This document shows, piece after piece, positions 1 through 8,378 of a stretch of 64,000 nt of DNA. Source of the DNA: Candidatus Sumerlaeaceae bacterium (GTDB taxonomy: Bacteria; Sumerlaeota; Sumerlaeia; Sumerlaeales; Sumerlaeaceae). The notes under the pieces are model-generated. The model saw only the letters and a list, made by a program, of their open reading frames with translations, had not been told where the DNA came from and did no database searches. A program made the translations under genes and the position numbers. The stretch spans positions 20,600-84,599 of the forward strand of contig JAOAAY010000010.1 in assembly GCA_026418615.1 (NCBI GenBank), written 5' to 3'. Positions within the stretch are counted from its first letter, which is position 1, and each line of letters begins with the position of its first letter.

Positions 1-2133
1 GTGGAACTTGAACCAGACATTCCGATACCCCACCACGCGGATGTCGTGACGGCCGGTTTCTTGTTCGTAAATCTTGAGGGCTGTGCTGACCGCCTGCAGC
101 ACCTTGTAGTGCGTGTCAGGCCCGCTGCCCTCCGGGTCGAAAGCCACGGTGACGATGTCCGGCCCGACCTCGCGCAACAGATCCAGAATCGGCGGGATGT
201 CCCGATCCACGGTGGGAATTTCGGTGAAAATGTCGCCCTTGTAAAATCCGAGTCGCAGATGCCTCACGGCGTCGCTTGAAAAACCGTAGTACGCCCATTT
301 CCGGTCCGACTCGAACTCGCGCATGCGCCCTTTGAGCATTTGAACGATCGTGATGTCCTTCTTGCCGGGATACTGAGTCAGGAAATAGTTGCGCAATTCG
401 TTCAGACGCTGCATCAGATTCTGGACATTGTCCTCTTCGTAGAGTTCAATGAGGTTACGCAGCAGGCGCCGGGCGACACCGGCGCTCATCTGCTCTTCGC
501 GGTGACGCGCAGCCCCTTGAAGGTAATACATTGTGTCAAGGTGCTTGGCCCGCGCATTATGGATGTCGAAGTAATCCGTCCGCAGCAATTCGTCGAATTC
601 CCCGTGGCCCAGTCGGGTCAAAAGGTCTTCAACCACGGAGAGCATGTAACGGTTGGTCACGGCGGTGAAACCGGAGGTCATGTAGGCAAAGTAGTGCTTG
701 GTACTGCTGCGCCGGACGAGGTTGGTGAAGTACGGCAGATAGCCGAGGATGATGTCGTCGTGGTGTGGCGCCGTATGCAGGAACACCTTGTTTTCAATGG
801 GGGAATTCCCGACGCGCAGGTTCTCCATGACACGGTCATGCACCTCCCGGTTCAGGTCCGCGTGGCTCTTTCGGGTTTTTGTCAGCAGCGCGGCCCCGAA
901 CCGGTCCTCCTCGTAGTCTCTCGCGGTCAGCGCGAGAATCGGCTTGTTGTGCTGGAGTGAGAGATCCATGACAATCTTGGAGATGTCCTCGTCGGTTGCC
1001 TCGGGTTTGTGCAGGAAGTCTTCGAGCATACGCGCGCCAAGGCGTTTGGCGGCGCCATGCGTGATGTAGAAACGGCCGTTTCGCAGCGTTCCGAGAATGG
1101 ACGCGGGGTAATTAATGGACAGCGGGCTGCAAATGGAATCGGCGACGATACCTGCCTTGGCTTCGCCGGCTGCGATGATGATGGCCACCACATCGGGGTT
1201 GTAGGCGATGGTGGCCAGTCCGATGGTGATCACCAGTTTGTCGCGCGCGACCTCGATGCCGCCGAGGTCGGTGGCGGCGGCGGCTTTCGTCTCATAGTTG
1301 GCCTCGCACAGACGCGTGGTCGAGTACAGGTCGCTGCCGCGCACATTGAATGCGATGTGACCGTCCGGGCCAATCCCGCCGAGAAAGAACCCGATGCCGC
1401 CCATCGAGCGGATGCGCCGCTCATACTCGACGCAGAACTTGTCCACCTCGTTGAGGATTTCCTGCTGCTGTTTCTCGAGCAGCGTGCGGGCGCGGCGCAC
1501 ACGCAGCGACAGGTCTACGGTCATTTCCGGAAAATAATCCGCCAGTTTGCGCCCGTGGGGCACGCCGATACGCGACGGATTGATGAACATGGCCCGCGCC
1601 GGATCGAGACCAAAACCGCGGATATAATATTTATGGACATAGTAGTAAAAACTGTTATGCTGACGCGTGTCAATCGGGTAGAATTCGTCAATTTGGACAA
1701 AGCGCAGGCCCGACAGGTCGGGCTTGAGGTCGCACGAAAGCCCCATGTTTTCCAATTCGCGCCGCGTGGCCTTCTGGTCCCAAGTGTGGAGGAAATGCTG
1801 CACGCACTTGATGAAATGTTCGGGGGTTTTTCCGGTGGGCAGTGATATCACACCCTCGGGATTGTCCTGAACCCATTCGAGGAAGCGCACCGCAGCCAAT
1901 TTCCCGAGCGCGGGGAAATTCGGGACGACAATGGCGGGAATTTTCTCCTCGGGTTCGTAGATGAGGTGGTAAATGCTGCGACCGAGGGCGGCCTGCTCCA
2001 CCGGCGACAATCGCCGCGGATCCACACGCGACGCGTCCTCGTCTTTTCGCGAACGGGCCGGGCGCTCAGCGAGGGGCGCAACGGCGGGTGCGGTCTTGGT
2101 GCGGGCAGGAGCCCTCTTTGCCTTCGGGGCCAT
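1..2133 (-). CDS. Long-form glucosamine-6-phosphate deaminase/isomerase-like protein (NagB-II type); C-terminal end runs off the window edge
   Basis: My translation of the minus strand from the ATG at 2133 gives MAPKAKRAPARTKTAP... continuing through ...GGIGPDGHIAFNVRGSDLYSTTRL..., the NagB/6-phosphogluconolactonase isomerase signature. It is not in the ORF track because no stop occurs before position 1. The two plus-strand ORFs at 340..960 and 1009..1845 are its antisense shadows. Confidence 0.7.
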   Translation of the reverse strand, partial: MAPKAKRAPARTKTAPAVAPLAERPARSRKDEDASRVDPRRLSPVEQAALGRSIYHLIYEPEEKIPAIVVPNFPALGKLAAVRFLEWVQDNPEGVISLPTGKTPEHFIKCVQHFLHTWDQKATRRELENMGLSCDLKPDLSGLRFVQIDEFYPIDTRQHNSFYYYVHKYYIRGFGLDPARAMFINPSRIGVPHGRKLADYFPEMTVDLSLRVRRARTLLEKQQQEILNEVDKFCVEYERRIRSMGGIGFFLGGIGPDGHIAFNVRGSDLYSTTRLCEANYETKAAAATDLGGIEVARDKLVITIGLATIAYNPDVVAIIIAAGEAKAGIVADSICSPLSINYPASILGTLRNGRFYITHGAAKRLGARMLEDFLHKPEATDEDISKIVMDLSLQHNKPILALTARDYEEDRFGAALLTKTRKSHADLNREVHDRVMENLRVGNSPIENKVFLHTAPHHDDIILGYLPYFTNLVRRSSTKHYFAYMTSGFTAVTNRYMLSVVEDLLTRLGHGEFDELLRTDYFDIHNARAKHLDTMYYLQGAARHREEQMSAGVARRLLRNLIELYEEDNVQNLMQRLNELRNYFLTQYPGKKDITIVQMLKGRMREFESDRKWAYYGFSSDAVRHLRLGFYKGDIFTEIPTVDRDIPPILDLLREVGPDIVTVAFDPEGSGPDTHYKVLQAVSTALKIYEQETGRHDIRVVGYRNVWFKFH

Positions 2134-2319
2134 GGTCGCTAAACCTCGAAACGAAATGGAGATGCAATTACGGTAATGGCGTTGGAAATCAGTCCCATGA
2201 CAGGGATGCTGCATGTCAAGGCTGTCACCGCACGATTTGTGACCGAAGAGTGAAGAACTGCCGTGCGCGTCAGGTCCGTAGTTTTTGCGCCTCGAATAAA
2301 TCGTGCCGAATTGGCCTAT

Positions 2320-2345
2320 CCGTGACGGTGCGGGCGCCGTCACGG
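2320..2345. promoter_or_regulatory. Perfect 9-bp inverted repeat CCGTGACGG-N8-CCGTCACGG in the divergent region between the nagB-like start and tRNA-Gly
   Basis: Read directly from the sequence. It lies 15 bp upstream of tRNA-Gly and about 190 bp upstream of the nagB-like start codon. Candidate operator or stem-loop. Confidence 0.3.
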
Positions 2346-2359
2346 CGCACTCGTTGAGA

Positions 2360-2435
2360 GCGGGAATAGCTCAGTTGGTAGAGCGCCACCTTGCCAAGGT
2401 GGAGGTCGCGGGTTCGAGACCCGTTTCCCGCTCCA
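2360..2435 (+). tRNA. tRNA-Gly (anticodon GCC)
   Basis: GCGGGAATAGCTCAGTTGGTAGAGCGCCACCTTGCCAAGGTGGAGGTCGCGGGTTCGAGACCCGTTTCCCGCTCCA. Cloverleaf with anticodon loop CTTGCCAAG; near-identical to canonical bacterial tRNA-Gly(GCC). Confidence 0.9.
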
Positions 2436-2481
2436 TTGTTTTTTTACGGCCTTTGTGCGCGTCAGGGGCGCGCCGAGATGA

Positions 2482-2559
2482 TGGTCGGGGCGGGCGGATT
2501 TGAACCGCCGACCTCCTGCTCCCAAGGCAGGCACGCTAACCAGGCTGCGCTACGCCCCG
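2482..2559 (-). tRNA. tRNA-Pro (anticodon TGG)
   Basis: The reverse complement reads CGGGGCGTAGCGCAGCCTGGTTAGCGTGCCTGCCTTGGGAGCAGGAGGTCGGCGGTTCAAATCCGCCCGCCCCGACCA, with anticodon loop CTTGGGA. Convergent with tRNA-Gly. Confidence 0.85.
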
Positions 2560-2596
2560 CTCTGTGACGCACAGACTGTATCGGCAGCGGCGGGCG

Positions 2597-3394
2597 CTAT
2601 TCAGCCCCGCCCTGCGCGGCCTTGTGCAGTCGGCGCAAAAACTCTGAGGGCGCCGATGTGAGCAACGCCCCCGGAACCGCCGACGCCGCTGTCGGATACC
2701 GCTCCGCAAGGTGCCGGGCGAGATGCTGAGCCAAAAGCGTTCGGTACGGATCCTTCAACTGCTCCTCACGCAACAGGAAGGACTCAAGCAGATATCCATC
2801 CTCAGATGTCGAATAAACACTGGACGGCACCCGGGCCGACTCCAATTGCGCTGCCAAACCCGGGTCGTGAATCACAACAGTCCCGGCTGCCAGATCTCCC
2901 AGCGTTCGGTTGTGCGCGGTGACGAACGCAGACACCAAGCCGGCCAGGTACATGGCTGGCAGAAAGTCCATCAGTCGCATCAGGTTGCGCACGGCTATCT
3001 GGCCGAAGCCCGCAGCATGGCCATGGAGGCTCACGACGCGCAGGCCGCAAATATTCTTGCCGGGACTTTGACCGTCAAACATCACCTCGCAGGCCCAACA
3101 AAGCGCCACCTGAACGCCCAGCATCATGAGCATGCCACTGATGATCGCCACCCACATCGGCAATCCAAGTGGCAGGATGATTAGGATGAAGGGAGGGAGC
3201 ATCAGTAGCAGCGATAGGACGAAATCCAAAAGTGCGGCCACGCACCGGGACCCCAAGCCAGCAATTGCATAGGTGACGAACCGGTCGCCGGCATCCATGT
3301 CCAGCGCCTCAATGCACGCATCCGGTCGCCAGATTCTTGGCGCATGAGAACTCATAGGTCCCTGCGATGTGGGCGCCGGCAGCCCATTGATCAA
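2597..3394 (-). CDS. RDD-family membrane protein
   Basis: Two to three TM helices with an R..D/D motif region (IWRPDAC... GLRVVSLHG...RNLMRLMD), typical of the RDD domain. Confidence 0.55.
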   Translation of the reverse strand: MINGLPAPTSQGPMSSHAPRIWRPDACIEALDMDAGDRFVTYAIAGLGSRCVAALLDFVLSLLLMLPPFILIILPLGLPMWVAIISGMLMMLGVQVALCWACEVMFDGQSPGKNICGLRVVSLHGHAAGFGQIAVRNLMRLMDFLPAMYLAGLVSAFVTAHNRTLGDLAAGTVVIHDPGLAAQLESARVPSSVYSTSEDGYLLESFLLREEQLKDPYRTLLAQHLARHLAERYPTAASAVPGALLTSAPSEFLRRLHKAAQGGAE

Positions 3395-4376
3395 GATGAA
3401 AGGTTTTGTGTTTTCCCGCCAGCGGCCGAGAATTGACTTGGATTCACGACAGGCTGCGCCTCAGCATTTGCCTGCCATGCCCGTCGAACCGGACGACTTG
3501 ATACGCCTCGTGGCTGCGCATCGCACTATGGGAGATGCCGGGCTTTCCGCCGCTCTCGCGCTGGCTCATCAACAGGCCACCCCTCAGCAAACATTTCTGC
3601 GGTCGCTGTCGGTGCGCATTCATCCGGAAGATCGGCGCCTGGCCGAGGCATGCCGGATCCTGGGGGTCACCGCCCTGACGCGGCTCGATGCAGCCTATCC
3701 GCGCAATCTGATAGCCCTCCTCGGAGAGGCGGCGCCGCCCGTCTTGTACGCCAAGGGAGACCTGACGCTGCCGGGCATGCCCGGACTTGGAATTATCGGC
3801 ATGCGAAACGCCACTCCCACGGGCCTTGCTTCGGCTAGATCTTACGCCCGAGCGGCGGCGTTGCATGGATTTTCCGTTGTGAGCGGCAATGCGCGGGGGG
3901 TGGACGCTGCGGCGCACGGCGCCGCGCTTGCCGCTGGCGGCAGCACCATCGTTTTTCCTCCAACGCCACCAGAGCAGTACGAGCCGTCATTCGACAGCCC
4001 TCCGCATGCGCGGGTCTTGATGCTCACGCCGTTTGCCCCCGGCTTGAAAATCCAACCCTATTTCTTCCTTCGACGCAACGAACTCGTGGCCGCCCAGGCC
4101 TGTGCCACTGTGGTCGCTGAGACAGGCATGCGCGGCGGTACGCTCAACACGGTTTCCCACCTTCGACGCCTCGGACGCGTCTGGTTCGTTACCCGTCTGG
4201 GACCTGAACACGAGCATCACAAGGCCCACGCCTCGCTGATACCCTCCGGCGGTATCCCCTGCCCATTGCGGGCATCGAAACTTTTTATGCGCGAGGTGGC
4301 TCGGTTGGGCAACCAGCGCCTTCCCGATCCGCCGTCGGCCACACCCGATCTCTTTGCTGGTAAGCCGCCACGATGA
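3369..4376 (+). CDS. dprA: DNA processing protein DprA (Smf)
   Basis: Rossmann-like DprA core GIIGMRNATPTGLASARSYARAAALHGFSVVSGNARGVDAAAHGAALAAGGSTIVF. Confidence 0.8.
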   Translation: MGAGSPLIKMKGFVFSRQRPRIDLDSRQAAPQHLPAMPVEPDDLIRLVAAHRTMGDAGLSAALALAHQQATPQQTFLRSLSVRIHPEDRRLAEACRILGVTALTRLDAAYPRNLIALLGEAAPPVLYAKGDLTLPGMPGLGIIGMRNATPTGLASARSYARAAALHGFSVVSGNARGVDAAAHGAALAAGGSTIVFPPTPPEQYEPSFDSPPHARVLMLTPFAPGLKIQPYFFLRRNELVAAQACATVVAETGMRGGTLNTVSHLRRLGRVWFVTRLGPEHEHHKAHASLIPSGGIPCPLRASKLFMREVARLGNQRLPDPPSATPDLFAGKPPR

Positions 4377-5119
4377 CCGAATGGTTTCGCGACGCCTTCG
4401 GCGCCCACTACCTGTCTCTGTACGCCCATCGGGACGAGGAGGAGGCCGCTGCGATGGTCGACCTGATCATGCGAACCGTCCAGCCCCCGCCCGCGGCGAG
4501 AGTGCTTGATGCACCCTGCGGTGCAGGGCGTCACACCCGACAGTTCGCCCGGCGGGGTTTGCGGCCTGCAGGCATAGATCTCAGTCGCGATCTTTTGGAC
4601 GCAGCAACGGAGGCACAAATCGCGGCGGGGACGGACGCGCAGTATGTCCGGGCCGATCTGCGCACCTTGCCGTTTCCCGCCGGCCAGTTCACGGTCGTTG
4701 CCAATCTGTTCTCTAGTTTCGGATATTTTATTGACGAATGGGAAAATCTGCAGGTTGTGCGGGAACTGATCCGCGTCTGTGTCCCCGGCGGCCATGTCGT
4801 GCTCGACTATATGAACGAGCCTTTTGTGCGGGCCTCGCTCGAACCGCTGACGGAACGCACAACGCCTGACGGATGGCAGGTGACCGAGCGACGGATGATC
4901 GGCGGCCAGCCGCCGCGGGTCGAGAAAATCATCACCGTGCGCTCTGACACCGGAGAATCCCGCTGCGTTCGCGAATCGGTGCGGTTATACACCCGGCAGG
5001 AGTTGAGGAATCTCCTTCGGGATGCCGGCCTGACCATCCTCTACGAATTCGGCGATTACGGAGGCGGGCCGTGGCTCACCGATTCTGAGCGTCTGATCCT
5101 CATCGGATGCAAAAGGTAA
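4373..5119 (+). CDS. Class I SAM-dependent methyltransferase (Methyltransf_11/23-like)
   Basis: SAM-binding motif I VLDAPCGAGRHTRQFARRGLRPAGIDLS, plus a post-I acidic residue and motif II (VVANLFSSFGY). The start overlaps the dprA stop (ATGA). Confidence 0.7.
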   Translation: MTEWFRDAFGAHYLSLYAHRDEEEAAAMVDLIMRTVQPPPAARVLDAPCGAGRHTRQFARRGLRPAGIDLSRDLLDAATEAQIAAGTDAQYVRADLRTLPFPAGQFTVVANLFSSFGYFIDEWENLQVVRELIRVCVPGGHVVLDYMNEPFVRASLEPLTERTTPDGWQVTERRMIGGQPPRVEKIITVRSDTGESRCVRESVRLYTRQELRNLLRDAGLTILYEFGDYGGGPWLTDSERLILIGCKR

Positions 5120-6297
5120 AACTCGTGCGCCTCGCGGCATGCCTCCTGTTGTGTCTCGTAACCGGTATTGCTGCGCCTCAAGGCGTGAGCCGTCATCCAG
5201 TGTGGCCCCATTTGCTCGCGCGAGGGTTGCAACCCCAGATCGCCTGTTTCGTCCCCGGAAACGCAGGAGAGGCTTATCTCCGCGAGCCCCCTCTGCCCCC
5301 CGGCAATGTCGCGCGGTGGTTTGAACTCCGCTGCGACGGCCTGGTCATTGAGGCCTCTGCGCCGTCGTACGAGTGGAATGCGGAGAGAGGGGACGAATAC
5401 TGGCAGCGGCTCGAAAGCGCACTGAATTCAGCAGCCTTGGCCGGGATGATGGTGGACTTTCGCGTGACCACAGGCTGCGTGGCGCGCCTTCACGCCGGCG
5501 GAGAGGATCAAGAAAGAAGGTTTACTGAGCGCCTCGTGGCCCTCGCCGCCCGGAGTCAGTGTGTCATAATTTCCTTTGATTGCGCTTGGAACGATCCGCC
5601 GGCTGCCCGCCTCCGGGCGTTGCTTCGAACGGCTGCGCCCGGTCTTCTGTTTGGTCAGCGGCTGACCGATTTGTCCGATCTGTGCGCGGACGCCGATTTT
5701 GTCGTGGTCAGACCGGCATCCGCGCCCGCAGGCTACCGGGATCAGGCAGCCGTGGGATACTGGCACCGCAGGTTCGCTGGCCGCCCAGTCATTTTTGAAT
5801 TGGACACCCCCGATCCCAAGGCCGGCCTCTTTTGGTTTGCTGCCGGTGCCGCCGGGCTCCAACACAAGTCCTTTCCACCGTCGCCCGACCCAGAGAATCA
5901 CCGGCTTTTCGTCGCGCTGCGCGCGCTGTCGGTTTTGCTGATGAACCTTCCGGATGGCCGCTGTCCGATCCGCCCGGAATGGGCAGGCGACGGAATTTCC
6001 CTTGCCTTCGGAACACCCGGCGACTTCTGCGGGTACCTTCTTGAGCCGCGAGCCACGCCGGAAATCATGATGACATCGCCGGAAAACCGTCCCGATATCA
6101 TCGCCTTCTGGTTTAGCATGGCGCGGAATCAGTCCATTATTGAACCGCGACAGATCGGACCCGTGCAACATCGCCGGACACTGAGTCAGCCGTCGAATGA
6201 TGGTTGGTTTTGGGGCTATTATGCCTTGCCGCGCCCGGACAATGGCGGCTCGACCGTGACGGAGGGCCGCGACATTCCGCCCGGACCGTTCATGTGA
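5107..6297 (+). CDS. Hypothetical secreted protein (signal peptide; no confident family)
   Basis: N-terminal MQKVKLVRLAACLLLCLVTGIAAPQG signal peptide and a 396-aa ORF. The minus-strand ORF 5428..6516 on the opposite strand is an R-rich shadow. Confidence 0.5.
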   Translation: MQKVKLVRLAACLLLCLVTGIAAPQGVSRHPVWPHLLARGLQPQIACFVPGNAGEAYLREPPLPPGNVARWFELRCDGLVIEASAPSYEWNAERGDEYWQRLESALNSAALAGMMVDFRVTTGCVARLHAGGEDQERRFTERLVALAARSQCVIISFDCAWNDPPAARLRALLRTAAPGLLFGQRLTDLSDLCADADFVVVRPASAPAGYRDQAAVGYWHRRFAGRPVIFELDTPDPKAGLFWFAAGAAGLQHKSFPPSPDPENHRLFVALRALSVLLMNLPDGRCPIRPEWAGDGISLAFGTPGDFCGYLLEPRATPEIMMTSPENRPDIIAFWFSMARNQSIIEPRQIGPVQHRRTLSQPSNDGWFWGYYALPRPDNGGSTVTEGRDIPPGPFM

Positions 6298-6363
6298 CCG
6301 TGCAGACGACAATGATGCAGACAAAACACAACGCCGCGCCGGCGGGCCAGGGCAGGGCCTGAC

Positions 6364-7509
6364 ATGGCGCGCAAGGCCGGACGCTGGGGCAATGCCCCGC
6401 TTGTTGCCATTGAACTCCTCGGCTTTGCCATGGCGTTCTACCTTTTCCTGATTTCGGCCCGGATTCTCTACCCCGAATCCGTTCCTTGCCCACGGGGCTC
6501 GATCTTTGCCTGTCAATCCATCCTTCGCGGGCCTTTTTCAAAGTTTGGGCCGTTCTCCATTGCGGCACTCGGAGTCATCTATTTTGTTGCTCACCTGGCG
6601 CTGACCGGCCTGATCCGCCCCAAAGGCAATTTGCTCCTGATCAAATTCGCGGGGGCCATCGCCGGTTTGGCCTTCGTCTCTTATTTGCGATCCATTGAAC
6701 TGCTCTGGCTCCACAAGATCTGCCCGTGGTGTTACGGTGTCGCCCTCATGGTGCTCGTGCAGGTTTTTGTTCTGCTGCCGATGGTCTCTCCGCCGCTGCC
6801 GAAACTGAAGATCGCGCAGCGGTTGGGAGCCGTTGTTGGCCTTTTCGCGCTGTTCATACTCGGCGGCATGGGGCTTGCCGCTGCGCTCGGCAAACCCGAA
6901 CGAGCCTTGGCACATGGGTTGATTCCCGCCGGCGTCTTACCCACCGCACAGTCGCCGGCCGAAGAACCCAAGCCCGCCGAGATTGCCCCAACACCCGAGC
7001 CTTCTCCTACCCCGGCCATGGCGCGCACGCACACCCCGCGTCCGGCAGCATCCCCGACGCCTCAGCCGAAGATGACGGCCAATGCGAGCCCCAAGGAACT
7101 TCCGCGCCCAGCGGACAACGCGCTCGTCATTCGCGAGTCGGAACTCGACAACGAGGAAACTCGCCTGCTTCGGCGGCTCGGTTGGCGGATCCCGGGTGAA
7201 ATCGAGTCTGTCAATCAGGCCGTGGCCAAACATCCGCCCGTTCTCCTCGTGGTCTTCGACCCTTACTGCGAAGAATGCGCCCATCTCATCATGAAGCAAC
7301 TTCCCGATCCTGAGGTGACCTCCCTGCCGGTGACCAAACTGGCCATGGAACAAGCCGCCATGCAAGGACCGCTCTCTGCGCAGGTCACCCATGTACCAAC
7401 CATTTTACTTATTGACAAGTCTGGCCAAGTCGTCTTCCGTCATGTCGGCCGCATCGAACCCGCCGCACTTGCGGCAAGCGTCCGTCAGGCGCTCGCCTTG
7501 GGCGGCTGA
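6364..7509 (+). CDS. VKOR (vitamin K epoxide reductase)-family membrane oxidoreductase fused to a C-terminal thioredoxin-like domain
   Basis: Loop cysteine pair (CPRGSIFAC), active-site CPWC at the start of a TM helix, a Pro/Thr/Ala-rich linker (PAEEPKPAEIAPTPEPSPTP...), then a Trx-like domain with YCEECAH. Confidence 0.75.
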   Translation: MARKAGRWGNAPLVAIELLGFAMAFYLFLISARILYPESVPCPRGSIFACQSILRGPFSKFGPFSIAALGVIYFVAHLALTGLIRPKGNLLLIKFAGAIAGLAFVSYLRSIELLWLHKICPWCYGVALMVLVQVFVLLPMVSPPLPKLKIAQRLGAVVGLFALFILGGMGLAAALGKPERALAHGLIPAGVLPTAQSPAEEPKPAEIAPTPEPSPTPAMARTHTPRPAASPTPQPKMTANASPKELPRPADNALVIRESELDNEETRLLRRLGWRIPGEIESVNQAVAKHPPVLLVVFDPYCEECAHLIMKQLPDPEVTSLPVTKLAMEQAAMQGPLSAQVTHVPTILLIDKSGQVVFRHVGRIEPAALAASVRQALALGG

Positions 7510-8354
7510 TGGGCGGCTCTTGGTCTGATCCGGCGTGACCACAACCAGGCGAGCGCTGCGAGCGCAATGGGGGCCAGCCACTGGGAGAGCGACAGCCCCC
7601 ACCTGACCCCGCGATCTTCATCCCCACGCAAATACTCCAGTGCGAATCGCCCGACAGCATAGGATACCCCGTACACAACCGCCACGGTTCCAGCGGGCAA
7701 GCGCCGAAACCACAAGGCCGTCAACCCCAACGCCAAAAACCCGCACCATGCCGCCTCGAGCAACTGAACTGGCACGACCGGCAACGACCACGCCTCCGCT
7801 GTCGTGACAAGCCCGCGTCGAAGGTGATCGAGATACGGCCACGAGCCTGTCACAGCAGTCGCATCCGCAGGCCCAAGTCGCGGATACCGGACGGAAAACA
7901 GCGCAGCCCACGCGGGGGCCACGCAGCCGAAACAACAACCGGCCAAGTGGCAACCCACTCGGCCTAACGCTTGGGCCAAGGCAACGCCCGGCACCAGAAG
8001 ATCCGCAGCACGGCCCAGCGAAACGCGGTGACGGCGTGCAGTCCAGGCAACAGCAGCCGCGCCGGCAACAAGCCCGCCCGCAATCACGCCGCCTCCGCCG
8101 GAAAAGACCGCGCCAACCGGGTCAGCCAAGGTCGCCTGCCACGAGACCACGAGGTAGAGAAACCGTGCACCAAGAAAACCTGCGACAACCCCCCAAAACA
8201 CGGCATCCATGACGAATTCCGTCGCGACACCATCGCGGCGCGCAAGCCAGAGACTGAGTCCGGTGGCTGCCAGAATGCCAAGCGCGACCATGAAACCGTA
8301 ACTCGGCACGGAAAACCCATGGATTTGGAACAGATCAGGCCGCATCTCAGACAA
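7485..8354 (-). CDS. lgt: Prolipoprotein diacylglyceryl transferase
   Basis: N-terminus DLFQIHGFSVPSYGFMVALGILAATGLSLWLARRDG and a polytopic profile typical of Lgt. Confidence 0.8.
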   Translation of the reverse strand: MSEMRPDLFQIHGFSVPSYGFMVALGILAATGLSLWLARRDGVATEFVMDAVFWGVVAGFLGARFLYLVVSWQATLADPVGAVFSGGGGVIAGGLVAGAAAVAWTARRHRVSLGRAADLLVPGVALAQALGRVGCHLAGCCFGCVAPAWAALFSVRYPRLGPADATAVTGSWPYLDHLRRGLVTTAEAWSLPVVPVQLLEAAWCGFLALGLTALWFRRLPAGTVAVVYGVSYAVGRFALEYLRGDEDRGVRWGLSLSQWLAPIALAALAWLWSRRIRPRAAHQPPKASA

Positions 8355-8378
8355 TGCCGATGCGTGAGGCTTGGCGGC

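Noticed and set aside
5428-6516. 362-aa minus-strand ORF overlapping the 5107..6297 secreted protein gene
   Set aside because: Arg-rich junk composition with no signal or domain features. The plus-strand ORF has a clean signal peptide and is translationally coupled to the upstream gene.
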